This document shows positions 28,299 to 37,689 of a stretch of 64,000 bases of DNA, in pieces. Numbering within the stretch: position 1 is the first letter of the stretch; every line of letters begins with the position of its first letter. Location of the stretch: assembly GCA_045863855.1 (NCBI GenBank), contig BTVV01000001.1, positions 96,800 to 160,799 of the forward strand, written 5' to 3'. This DNA comes from Planctomycetota bacterium. GTDB taxonomy: Bacteria; Planctomycetota; SZUA-567; H5-PLA8. A program made the translations under genes and the position numbers. The notes beneath the pieces are model-generated. The model was not told the DNA's origin. It was given only the letters and a program-made list of their open reading frames with translations, and made no database searches.

Positions 28299-29810
28299 CT
28301 ACTTCCGCGCGTCCAGCCGCCGCAGCGAATCCCGCGCATCGGCCGTCTCGGGGGCCTCCACAGCCCCGGCCGCCTGCCGCTCCAGGATCGCGCGCGCCGC
28401 CGGCGAACCGATCCGCTCCAGCGCCTGCTGCGCCCGGATCGCGCGCAGCGACTCGTTCGAGATCGGAACCTCGGCGGCCGCGGCGGCCAGCAGTTCGTTG
28501 AGGCGCGTCTTCAGCTCCAGCGCCGGCTCCGCGGCCAAGGCGGCCTTGAATTCCCCAACGGCCGCCGCACCCCGTTCGCGCAAGTAGCTCATCGCGTTCG
28601 CGCGTACATCGAAGTCGTCGTGATCCAGCTCGGCGATCATCCGGCGGATCTTCACGGCATCGAGTTCGGGCTTCGCGGCGGGCCGCAGGCGCTCCGCCAG
28701 CAGCGCCGCGCCCGCTTCGCCCGCCCGCGTGAACGCAAGCACCGCGCGGTAGGCTTCGGGGGCGTCGTCCCCGGCCAGCGCCTGCCACGCCGCATCCAGC
28801 GCCGCCGCATCCGGCGCTTTCGCGGCCGCCGGCGCCTGCGTCTGCGCCAGATCCCACAAGGCCACGTCGTTATCGCGGCCCGCGCTGAGCAGGTAACGGC
28901 CGTCTTTGGAAAAGTCCACCGCGAGCACCAGATCCTGATGGTGCTTCAAGTAGCCCAGCGACGCACCGGTCCAGGCGTCCCACAATCCTACCGACTGATC
29001 CCAACTTCCGGTCGCGATGCGCCGACCGTCGGGCGAGACGGCGGCCCAACGCACGTGGTTGGTGTGCCCTTCGAGCGTCCCGCAGATTCGCCCGCTGGCG
29101 CGCTCGACCAGCAAGCCCACGTTTTCGCGCAACCCCAGGACCACCGTCCGCCCGTCCGGCGCGAACGCGCAGCCCCAGACCGTGCGGTTCTCGCCCAGCG
29201 CGATCGTCTTCACGCACGCAAAGTTCTGCAAACTCCAGAGCAGGAGCTGGCCGTCGCCCTGTCCTTTGGTCAACAGCACCGACGAGTCCGAGGCGAAGCA
29301 GACCGGTTCGCACGAGCCGTCCAGTTTGTGAGCGGAAATCGTGCCGTCGAGCGGCGTGAGCAGGACTTCATGCTCCGAACCCGTCGCCAGCCAGCGCCCG
29401 TCCGGAGCACAGGCCAGTTGGAAGACCGTGGCGGTGTGGTCCTTGATCTGCGCCTTCTGCGCCCCGCTGGCGGCATCCCAGAGAATTGCCGTCTTATCGT
29501 AGCTTCCGCTGATGAGCGTTTTGCCGTCGGGCGCAAGCGCCGCGGTGGCCACCTCGCCCGTATGTCCGGCGAAGCGCCGCACTTCCCGGCCGTCGGCCAC
29601 CGACCACAAGTACGCCAGTTTTTCGTTGTCCCCGCTGACGATGAACTGCCCGTCTTGCGAGAAGGCCGCGTCGAGCACCGGGCCCTGATGCTTAAAAATC
29701 CGCAGCGGTTTGATCGGCGGCGCTTCCGGCGGCGCTTCGGCATCCGCGCCCGCCGCCGTCCAAGCCAGCAGCGCCAGCATCCCCAACCATCCCTTAAGGT
29801 TGATCCGCAT
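28299..29810 (-). CDS. Secreted WD40-repeat protein with C-terminal HEAT-like domain
   Basis: Signal peptide; about 7 GH...WD repeats (e.g. SGSYDKTAILWD); C-terminal IAELDHDDFDVR. Confidence 0.9.
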   Translation of the reverse strand: MRINLKGWLGMLALLAWTAAGADAEAPPEAPPIKPLRIFKHQGPVLDAAFSQDGQFIVSGDNEKLAYLWSVADGREVRRFAGHTGEVATAALAPDGKTLISGSYDKTAILWDAASGAQKAQIKDHTATVFQLACAPDGRWLATGSEHEVLLTPLDGTISAHKLDGSCEPVCFASDSSVLLTKGQGDGQLLLWSLQNFACVKTIALGENRTVWGCAFAPDGRTVVLGLRENVGLLVERASGRICGTLEGHTNHVRWAAVSPDGRRIATGSWDQSVGLWDAWTGASLGYLKHHQDLVLAVDFSKDGRYLLSAGRDNDVALWDLAQTQAPAAAKAPDAAALDAAWQALAGDDAPEAYRAVLAFTRAGEAGAALLAERLRPAAKPELDAVKIRRMIAELDHDDFDVRANAMSYLRERGAAAVGEFKAALAAEPALELKTRLNELLAAAAAEVPISNESLRAIRAQQALERIGSPAARAILERQAAGAVEAPETADARDSLRRLDARK

Positions 29811-29917
29811 AAGTCGTCCTTTCAGGTCCGTAACGTTAGACGCTCCCGGCTTCCGCGGCAGGTACAGGAATCCAGACCCCTAAGCGGGCATGCCTGAGCC
29901 GTTGGTCTTTGTCGGAC

Positions 29918-30322
29918 CCGTCTCCCATACCCAGCGCTCGGTGGAAGGCGTGGACGGCGGACTGTTCGAGACCGTCGCACAAGCGCCCGTTCAAGGCGGC
30001 CTGGACGCCGCGTTGCGCATGCGGCCGGAAAGAGCGGCGCGCATGTAGAGAAGATCCAACAGCAAGAGCGCGAACGGATCGAACCGTTGCTGTCGGTGGT
30101 GGCGGTGCGCTTGCTGAGTGCGAAGGCGAAGAGCGCGGCCCGACGAGAAGAGCCGCTGCGGCCCGAAGACGCCGATCCTGGCGATCGCAAGCTTGGGCGG
30201 ATGGATTCCGCACGACAAGAAACCCGGCTGGCAAGTCCTCTGGCGCGGCTGGTCTTGCCGCCTGCCGCTCATGCAAGGCTACGAACTCGCGCTCGCACTT
30301 AAAAAGTGTGTGCCATGACGAG
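29918..30322 (+). pseudogene. Internally deleted IS4-family (IS50/Tn5-like) transposase remnant
   Basis: Fragments in different frames: LFETVAQAP, KSGAHVEKIQ...LLSVVAVRLL, IASLGGW...PGWQVLWRGW...GYELA; ends AAGTGTGTGCCATGACGAG. Confidence 0.75.
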
Positions 30323-30490
30323 TCCTATAAGGAGGGTGCTAGCAACGTCTGGAAGCCCGCTGCGGCGGGCTGAGGTTAATGGCATGAAGCCGAAAGCCCC
30401 CATGTGTGCTTCAACCTTTCCTTTCCCGCTTTCAGCCCCCGCCGGTTTCGCCGAACGGGTAGAATATAAAGACGGCTTGGCGGAGGCGGC

Positions 30491-31165
30491 ATGGCTCAGA
30501 CGTTGGTGGTCGGCGACATCCATGGGTGTGCGGACGAGTTCGAGGCGCTGCTCGAGCGGGCGGCGCTGGCGTCCGGGGACCGCGTGATCGCCGTTGGCGA
30601 TCTCTTTGCCCGCGGCCCGCGCCCCGAACGGGTCCTGGAACTGTTCCAGCGGCCGACCTACGAATTCACCATGGGGAATCACGACCGCCCCATCCTGGAC
30701 GCGCTCCGCGAAGGCGGCCGGACGAAGGATCTGAGTTCCGCGCAGGCTCAAGCGTTGGAACGCATGCGCGGCCAATCGGATCGACTTCTCGATTTGCTCG
30801 AAGGCGCACCGTATGCGATCCACGGCGCGACGGCCGTCGGCACGCGCTCGTGGGTGGTCGTGCACGCGGGGATTCATCCCAAACGCGGGGTGGCCGGCAC
30901 CAAGCCCAGAGAGTTCCTGCAGATTCGGCAGGTGGAAGACATGCCAGGGGAGCCCTTCTGGTGGGACGTGTACGCCGGTCCGGAGCTGGTGCTCTTTGGG
31001 CACACGCCGCGTGAAGACGTGATCCAGGCATTCAAGCAGGGCCGCCGTGTCGCGCTGGGGCTGGACACCGGCTGCGTCTACGGCGGCGATCTGACCGGAT
31101 ATCTGCCCGACGCCGACCGCTTCGTGACGGTCAAAGCGCGCAAGGCGTACTTCCGCAAAGGCTGA
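30491..31165 (+). CDS. Metallophosphoesterase (PPP/ApaH/PrpE-like)
   Basis: GDIHG, GDLFARG, GNHD, HAG, FGHTP, LDTGCVYGG. Confidence 0.93.
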   Translation: MAQTLVVGDIHGCADEFEALLERAALASGDRVIAVGDLFARGPRPERVLELFQRPTYEFTMGNHDRPILDALREGGRTKDLSSAQAQALERMRGQSDRLLDLLEGAPYAIHGATAVGTRSWVVVHAGIHPKRGVAGTKPREFLQIRQVEDMPGEPFWWDVYAGPELVLFGHTPREDVIQAFKQGRRVALGLDTGCVYGGDLTGYLPDADRFVTVKARKAYFRKG

Positions 31166-31225
31166 GTTGCGGATGCAGCGCGCCCGAATTCCTTTATGCT
31201 GCCGCTCTGGCCGCGAGGAACTCCG

Positions 31226-32050
31226 ATGAGCCTGACGTGTTTTACCAAGCTTCTGAAGCCGTGGTCCGTGGAGCAGTTGATCGCCTTCGCGAAGGAGACG
31301 GGGCTGGCCGGCTACGATCTGACCGTCCGCGACGGTTACGCGGTGACGCCGGATCGCATCGAGCGCGATTTGGGTCCGTATGTGAAACGTCTGAAGGACG
31401 CGAGTCTGAGCGTACCGCTGGTGACTTTCGGGGTTCGTGCGTACAAAGCCGATGAACCGATCGTCGAGCGCGCCTGGGCGGCGTGCGCGGAAGCCGGCGT
31501 ACCGGCGGTGAAGCTGGGCTATTGGACGTGGTCTCCGCAGGGGCCGCACTATTGGGACCAGGTGAAGACGATCAGGAAAGAGCTGGCCGGTTACGCGAAG
31601 CTGGCAGCGCGTTTCGGCGTCCAGGCGCTCTTTCATAACCACTCGGACCCTTATTACGGTCTGAACGCATCGGCGCTGATGCACCTGATTCAGGACCTGG
31701 ATCCGGCTCACGTGGGCGCCTACGTCGATCCGGCGCACCTGGCGCTGGACGGCGAACCGCTGGGGATGGCGATCGATATCCTGCGCGGGCGGATCGCGAT
31801 GGTGGCGGTGAAGAACAGCTTTTATCAACGCGAGCAGAAAGACGGCAAAGTGCGTTGGAACCGAGGGATGTGCGGGCTGCAGGAGGGGCTGGTCGATTGG
31901 CCGGAGGCGGTGCAGTTGTTCCGCGCGGCCGGGTATGCGGGACCGTTTAATCTGCATGCTGAATACGACGATCGGCACGAAGTCGAACAGGTGGTCGAGG
32001 CCTTGCGGGTGGACATCAAGCTGATGCGCCGAGCGACGGGAGAGGTATAG
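31226..32050 (+). CDS. Sugar phosphate isomerase/epimerase (xylose-isomerase-like TIM barrel)
   Basis: YDLTVRDG, HNHS, VDPAH, VAVKN, LHAEY. Confidence 0.85.
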   Translation: MSLTCFTKLLKPWSVEQLIAFAKETGLAGYDLTVRDGYAVTPDRIERDLGPYVKRLKDASLSVPLVTFGVRAYKADEPIVERAWAACAEAGVPAVKLGYWTWSPQGPHYWDQVKTIRKELAGYAKLAARFGVQALFHNHSDPYYGLNASALMHLIQDLDPAHVGAYVDPAHLALDGEPLGMAIDILRGRIAMVAVKNSFYQREQKDGKVRWNRGMCGLQEGLVDWPEAVQLFRAAGYAGPFNLHAEYDDRHEVEQVVEALRVDIKLMRRATGEV

Positions 32051-32242
32051 ACCACTCGTCAGAGCAAGAAACTGCGCTTGGTGCACTTTTTAGGGGTTAG
32101 TTGAAGTTCGTCGAGCGTCTCTAATAAGAAGGTAGGGGTTGGGAACGGAAAAAGTACAAATGCATCGAACAAAAGGGAGCCCTGGAACGGCTAATAGGCG
32201 AGTGGTATACTGCGCGGCCTGACGCCTCGGGGGAGGAAATCA

Positions 32243-32947
32243 ATGTTGAATCGATCAATGACGGCGGTGTGCGTGCTGGCAGCGCTGTTCGGCATGGGTC
32301 AGGCTTGGGCGCTGGGCGGCGCGGTGGGTTCCGGCGCGCAAGGCAGCGGCGGGAGTCGCGCCAACTTCAAACCGGGCAGCGACAAAACCTTTTCCTGGAA
32401 GCGGCTGACGTTCACGGACGCGCGGAAGCTCGAAAAGCCGATCTGCCTGTACATCTACGACAGCACGATGAAGCAGCGCAACAACACGGCGATGCAGATC
32501 GAAACGGATCTGCTTCCCAATCCCGTGGTGAAGGATGCGCTCAAAGATTTCACGATGGTGATGACGACGACGACCTCGCCGGGCTGGCCGGAACTGTTCA
32601 CGCAGCTTGCGGACAAGGGCGCGATGATCGCGGTGATGACGTGCGACGGTAAGACGTTCGTGAATTACTTTAACAAGGACCGTAAGGCGGACCCGCAGGT
32701 GTTTTCGATGGCGGCGCAGCAGGCGGTCGCTCAGAACGGACGCGCGGTGGGCATTGCCAAGGCCGACGCCGAGAAAGACAAGGCGGCAGCCGATGCGGCG
32801 GCCAAGCAGGAGCAGGTCGCGCAGGGCCCGGAAGAACCCAAGCCGCCCAAATTGATACCGGGTCTGGGCGGGCCTAACGAGAAAAAGACCGAAGAGGCTC
32901 GCAAGCCACCCGAGAAGAAGACCGGGGTGGTGGAGGAAGAAGAGTAG
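32243..32947 (+). CDS. Secreted hypothetical protein, possibly thioredoxin-like fold without CXXC
   Basis: SD GGAGG; signal peptide ending AWA; DARKLEKPICLYIY; charged tail. Confidence 0.75.
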   Translation: MLNRSMTAVCVLAALFGMGQAWALGGAVGSGAQGSGGSRANFKPGSDKTFSWKRLTFTDARKLEKPICLYIYDSTMKQRNNTAMQIETDLLPNPVVKDALKDFTMVMTTTTSPGWPELFTQLADKGAMIAVMTCDGKTFVNYFNKDRKADPQVFSMAAQQAVAQNGRAVGIAKADAEKDKAAADAAAKQEQVAQGPEEPKPPKLIPGLGGPNEKKTEEARKPPEKKTGVVEEEE

Positions 32948-32976
32948 CCGTAAGCCGCCTTTCGACCGGTTGTTTC

Positions 32977-33014
32977 AAGCGTCCCGGACCTTAGTGTCCG
33001 GGACGTTTTTGTTT
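32977..33014 (+). terminator. Intrinsic terminator
   Basis: AAGCGTCCCGGAC-CTTAGT-GTCCGGGACGTTT plus T tract. Confidence 0.8.
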
Positions 33015-33206
33015 CAGGCATGCCGGTCTGGGGCGTTTCTGTTTGCTCGGCGATTGCGAAATATTGCCCGTCGTGCTCTACTGATCTTCGTTTAAGCTTT
33101 AGTTTGAGTGCGTTGTATTCGATCGAGCACGCACGCGCGACCCCGGCACCAGGGACGGCATCCGACCGGATCGGTCGTACGCGGCGCCGGGAGCCTCACG
33201 CGCCCC

Positions 33207-34874
33207 ATGTCGCAGTGGCTTAACAAATTCAGCCGCAAGCTGCCTGAAGGGCTGCGCAAGTATTTCGGTGGGCCCACCGAAGACGAACGGCTGGCCGCGT
33301 TGCTGCCCGAACAGGACCCGCGGATCGTGTTGATCCCGCTGGGCGAAGGCGATTGGCTGTGCCCCTATTGCGCGGCGCGGCTGCTGTTGCCGGATTGGGA
33401 CGGCGACGCGCGCAAAATCATCCAACAGCCCGAAGTGCGCGCGCACATGAAAACGTGCTCGCTGGCGTCGCGCGAGGCCGAGCCCAAGATGCGGCCGTGG
33501 GACGAACTGCGTCGCACGATCGTGATCATGCGCATGCAGAAGATGGACGTGTACAAGGTCTGCAACGCCGACGGCCAGTGGCTGTGCCCGTATTGCCTGG
33601 ATGTGACCGACGCGCTGCTGAAGAACTGGGACGACACGCCCGCTCCGTTCGACTGGTTCCTGCCGCAAGCCTTGAAGCACCTGGACCAATGCGCGACGTA
33701 CAACCGCGCGCCGCTTTCGCCGCATCGGATCGAGGTCGTGCGCGGGGCGCTGGGGCAGAAGGACATCCGGGCGGGGTTGCGCACGCGCGTGGCGGCGGAC
33801 CCGATCTTCCGGGTCTGCGACGACCACGGGAACTGGATCGACCCGTTCAGCGAGCGGGCCATCGACGAGATCAATCTGGTGCGCGTGCCGTGGGGTCCGG
33901 CGATTCAGGACGCCATCGTCGAATACCTGCTCAGCCCCGAATGCCCGGGCGCGAAGGTCAATTGGGAGACCCGCAAGACGGTTGAGAGCCTGCATCGCGC
34001 GGCGGGGCGCATTTCGGCGGAACGTTCGACGCAGCACATCAAGGAACGCACGGCGACGCAGGAGCTGGAACTGGACATCCTGCGCCACCAAGTGATCGAC
34101 TTGAACGTGACGGCCGGACAGGTGGAAGAAATTCAACGCGACCTGGAAGGCGCGCGCGAGGCGCAGCGGCAGATGCTGCCCAAGTCGCCGCCGACGATAC
34201 CCGGCTACGAGATCGCCTGGAAGTACGACCCGTGCGCGGTGCTGGGCGGCGACTTCTTCTCTTTCTACGAGATCGGCGGCGGACGCTGGGGCTTCCTGAT
34301 CGCCGACGTCTCCGGACACGGCGTCGAAGCGGCGATGATCATGTCGATGGCGATGAAGAGTTTTTCGCTGCGCGCGACGGGGCAGCCTTCGCCGGCCGAG
34401 GTGCTCAAGGCGGTCAACCGCGACGTTTCGCAAGATATGGCGCAGGGGAAATTCATCACCGCGTGCTATCTGGTCCTCGATCCGCAGACGGGGCAGCTCA
34501 GTTACGCTCGCGCCGGGCACAATCCGGTGCTGCTGACCGATCTCGAAAAGGGCACCATCCGTTCGCTCGAAGGCAAAGGCATCCCGCTGAACGTGGGTCG
34601 GCCGGAGATCTTCGACCGCCAGATCCAGGAAGAGACGCTGGTGATGCCGCCGGGCACGATGCTGCTTTTTTATACCGATGGGATTCCCGAAGCCGCCAAC
34701 CCGCAGAAGGAGCAGTTCGGGAATCGCCGGCTGAGTCAGACGTTGATCCAGGCCGTCGGCGAGAGCACCGCCGGGACGCTCGAGTTGCTCATGCAGGCCG
34801 TCAAGCAGCACGTCGGGAGCGCGCCGATGGAAGACGACCTGACGTTGCTGGGCGTGACGCGGCAGGCGCTCTAG
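33207..34874 (+). CDS. PP2C/SpoIIE-family phosphatase with N-terminal Zn-finger-like repeats
   Basis: GGDFF, IADVSGHG, RAGH, YTDG, EDDLT; N-terminal WLCPYC twice. Confidence 0.92.
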   Translation: MSQWLNKFSRKLPEGLRKYFGGPTEDERLAALLPEQDPRIVLIPLGEGDWLCPYCAARLLLPDWDGDARKIIQQPEVRAHMKTCSLASREAEPKMRPWDELRRTIVIMRMQKMDVYKVCNADGQWLCPYCLDVTDALLKNWDDTPAPFDWFLPQALKHLDQCATYNRAPLSPHRIEVVRGALGQKDIRAGLRTRVAADPIFRVCDDHGNWIDPFSERAIDEINLVRVPWGPAIQDAIVEYLLSPECPGAKVNWETRKTVESLHRAAGRISAERSTQHIKERTATQELELDILRHQVIDLNVTAGQVEEIQRDLEGAREAQRQMLPKSPPTIPGYEIAWKYDPCAVLGGDFFSFYEIGGGRWGFLIADVSGHGVEAAMIMSMAMKSFSLRATGQPSPAEVLKAVNRDVSQDMAQGKFITACYLVLDPQTGQLSYARAGHNPVLLTDLEKGTIRSLEGKGIPLNVGRPEIFDRQIQEETLVMPPGTMLLFYTDGIPEAANPQKEQFGNRRLSQTLIQAVGESTAGTLELLMQAVKQHVGSAPMEDDLTLLGVTRQAL

Positions 34875-35107
34875 GCGGTCGTAGGATATCCTTGGCGACC
34901 GACGGCAAGCGGCAAACGGCACGATTCCAACAAACGGCAAAACAACGCAACGGCAGTGCGGCCATACGGCTATATCTTGGCGGGAGGGGGCGTCCGCCGC
35001 TCCACTTCCGTTCCCTCATTGGCACTTTCCTTCCATGTCTCGAAAGATTTGGCGGATATCGGCCTTCGCGTGCAGAACGCGGTGCGGGACGCTAGACTTT
35101 CCGAACC

Positions 35108-35848
35108 ATGTCTTCGCCTGCATCAGCTCCGGCCGGTCCGCTGCTCGCTTTGGAAACTTCCGGGCGGACGGTGGGCGCGGCGCTTTGGCACGCCGGCGGC
35201 TTGATCTCGGCGCGCGGCGACGATACGGGCGCGCGGCACGGCGCGGCGCTGGTTCCGTTGATGCGCGCGCTGCTCGACGAAGCGAAGCTTCAGCCGCCGG
35301 ACTTGGGCGCGGTGGCCGTCTCGCTGGGGCCGGGTTCGTGGACGGGCTTGCGCATCGGATTGGCGGCTGCGAAGGCGCTGGCTTGGGGCGCGGGGAAGCC
35401 GCTGGTGGGCGTGCCGAGTCTGGAAGCGCTGGCGTGGGCGGCGTTTCGGCAATCGGGCGCGTTGCGGGTGATGGCGTTGCGGCATGCGTATTCTGAAGGG
35501 ATGTACGCGGCGCTTTTCGAAGTGACTTCCGCCGGTCCCAGACGGTTGCTGGAGGAGCGCGTGACGCGGCCGGCGGAGTGGGCCGAGGCGGTGGCGGCGC
35601 TGGGCGGAGAACCGCCGCACGTTTGCGGGGATGCAGCGTGCTTCACGGCGCTGGATGCCGCGGGCGTGTGCGCGGGTTGGCCGGTGCTGAGCGGGCTGGC
35701 CGAAGTGCCGCCCGCGCTGCTGGCCGAACGGGCTTGGGCGCTGGCGACGGCCGGGACGTGCTGGCGCACTCCGGCCGAGGTTCACGCCGCCGCTCCGTTG
35801 TATTTGCGCGCCAGCGATCCCGAACTGCGGCTGCAGCGCGGGCCCTGA
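35108..35848 (+). CDS. tsaB: tRNA t6A biosynthesis protein TsaB
   Basis: LLALETS, GPGSWTGLRIG, VPSLEALA, PLYLR. Confidence 0.9.
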   Translation: MSSPASAPAGPLLALETSGRTVGAALWHAGGLISARGDDTGARHGAALVPLMRALLDEAKLQPPDLGAVAVSLGPGSWTGLRIGLAAAKALAWGAGKPLVGVPSLEALAWAAFRQSGALRVMALRHAYSEGMYAALFEVTSAGPRRLLEERVTRPAEWAEAVAALGGEPPHVCGDAACFTALDAAGVCAGWPVLSGLAEVPPALLAERAWALATAGTCWRTPAEVHAAAPLYLRASDPELRLQRGP

Positions 35849-35888
35849 CCTGCACTTGCTGCGCGTTTGAAAGCGGACGGAAACCCCC

Positions 35889-37676
35889 TTGAGCGACCCC
35901 GCCGCTTCGCCGGAACCTCCCGCCGCACCTCCGCGCAGCCTCGCCGACCGCGTCGTCTCGGCCACGCTGGCCATCGCCGTGGCGCACGGACTGGCCAAGC
36001 TGCTGGGGATCGTGCAATGGAGCGTGATCGGGCACTACTACGGGATCAAGACGCTCACCACCGACGCCTTCGTGCTGGCCTTCGAAGGGATCGTCTGGAC
36101 CGTCTTCCTGATCGGTGAAGAGTCGGTCGGCCCCGCGTTTCTGCCGGTCTTCACGAACGCCAAGGATAAAGACGGCGAAGAGAAAGCCTGGCGCTTCACC
36201 AGCACGCTGCTGAATGCCCAACTGGTCCTGCTGCTGCTTGCGGTCGGCGCGCTGATGTACTGGCCGCACGACGCGATCCGCGTGCTGACGCTGGGCGAGG
36301 AGATCGGGGCCAGCGCCGAACGCGCGGAGCTGGCGGCGCACTTCCTGGTCTGGATGGCGCCGAGCCTCTTCGGACTCTCGGTGGGCAGCCTGACCTACAT
36401 GCTGTTGAACGGGTACAAGCGATTCTTCTGGCCGGCCTTTGCCGACGCGGCGCTGAAGGGCGCGCTGGTGGCGGGGCTGATCGCGGGCCGCGCGCTGGGC
36501 TTGGAGGCGGAAGCGCTGATCGTGGGCGTGCTGGCGGCGGGGGTGACGAAGCTGGCCGTGCACGTATTGGCGCTGGGGCCGAAGTTCAAGGGCTACCGCC
36601 CGATCCTGGATTTTTCGGACCCTCACGTGCGCCGGTTTGCGGTGCTGGTGGCGCCGCTGATCGTGGGCATCGTCTTCGCGAAAGTGCGCGACTACTTCAA
36701 CAATTTCTACGTGCTGAGCCAGTTGGGGGTGGGCCTATTGGGGCTCAACAGCTTCGGGAAGAAGATATTCAATGCGCTGGGCTGGCTGGTGCCCTATCCG
36801 CTTTCCATCGCCATGTTCCCGTTTCTGTGCGATCTGGTGGCGAAGGACGACAAGGACGCGCTGGGCGCCTTTCTGACGCGCGCCAGCCGGATGCTGCTGC
36901 TGGTCTTCATGCCGCTCGCGGCGGCGCTGACGACGCTCAGCGTGCCGCTCGCGCAGGTGCTCTTTCAGAGCGGCAAAGTGGACGCCGCCGCCGCCGCTCA
37001 GGCCGGCATGGTGAACGCGGTGTACTGCCTGGTGCTGCCGTTCTATGCGCTCGAATTTATCTTCATGCAGGCGTATTTCGCCGCGCACCGCACGATCTCG
37101 GTCTCGATCATCGGGATCGTTTTTTCGTCCCTCTCGATGTCCATCAGCTACCTGGGCGTGGTGACATACGGGCTGACCGGCTTCGACGCGGTGTTGCTGG
37201 TGGCCGGAGGTTTTACGGCGTCGCGCGCGCTCAAGACGCTGGTGCTCGCAGCGGTGCTGCGCTGGAAGGGCCTGCCGCTCTTTCCGTGGGCTTCGACGGT
37301 TTCGTTTCTATTCCGCGCTGCGATTCTAACGGCGGCCTGCGGGCTGGCCTGCCTGGCCGCGCGCGAGGCGCTGGAGCGCGTGATGCCTTCGCCTGCGGCG
37401 CCCGTCACCGAGGCCGAAGCCGAGGAAGAAACCAAAACCGAAGCTTGGAAGTCGCCTGAGCCCGCCAAGGCCGAAGCGGCCGAGGCCCAGCCGCCGGCAT
37501 CCGGGGGCGGGATGCGCGGGAAACTGCGCGCCTTGCCCAAGCTGGCCGTGCCGGGCCTGGCGGCGTTGATCGTCTTCCTGATCGGCTGCAAGCTGCTGCG
37601 TTTCGAAGAGTTCGACGAGATGATCGAGTTCGCGAAGGCAAAGCTGAAGAAGCGCCGCGAGAAGGGCAAGACGTAA
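35889..37676 (+). CDS. murJ: Lipid II flippase MurJ/MviN family
   Basis: TDAFVLAF, PAFLPVF, multiple TMs, LAQVLFQSG. Confidence 0.8.
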   Translation: MSDPAASPEPPAAPPRSLADRVVSATLAIAVAHGLAKLLGIVQWSVIGHYYGIKTLTTDAFVLAFEGIVWTVFLIGEESVGPAFLPVFTNAKDKDGEEKAWRFTSTLLNAQLVLLLLAVGALMYWPHDAIRVLTLGEEIGASAERAELAAHFLVWMAPSLFGLSVGSLTYMLLNGYKRFFWPAFADAALKGALVAGLIAGRALGLEAEALIVGVLAAGVTKLAVHVLALGPKFKGYRPILDFSDPHVRRFAVLVAPLIVGIVFAKVRDYFNNFYVLSQLGVGLLGLNSFGKKIFNALGWLVPYPLSIAMFPFLCDLVAKDDKDALGAFLTRASRMLLLVFMPLAAALTTLSVPLAQVLFQSGKVDAAAAAQAGMVNAVYCLVLPFYALEFIFMQAYFAAHRTISVSIIGIVFSSLSMSISYLGVVTYGLTGFDAVLLVAGGFTASRALKTLVLAAVLRWKGLPLFPWASTVSFLFRAAILTAACGLACLAAREALERVMPSPAAPVTEAEAEEETKTEAWKSPEPAKAEAAEAQPPASGGGMRGKLRALPKLAVPGLAALIVFLIGCKLLRFEEFDEMIEFAKAKLKKRREKGKT

Positions 37677-37689
37677 GGGCTTAAATCGC

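Noticed and set aside
35019..35036. TTGGCAC sigma-54-like site before tsaB
   Set aside because: The -12 position reads CC, not GC.
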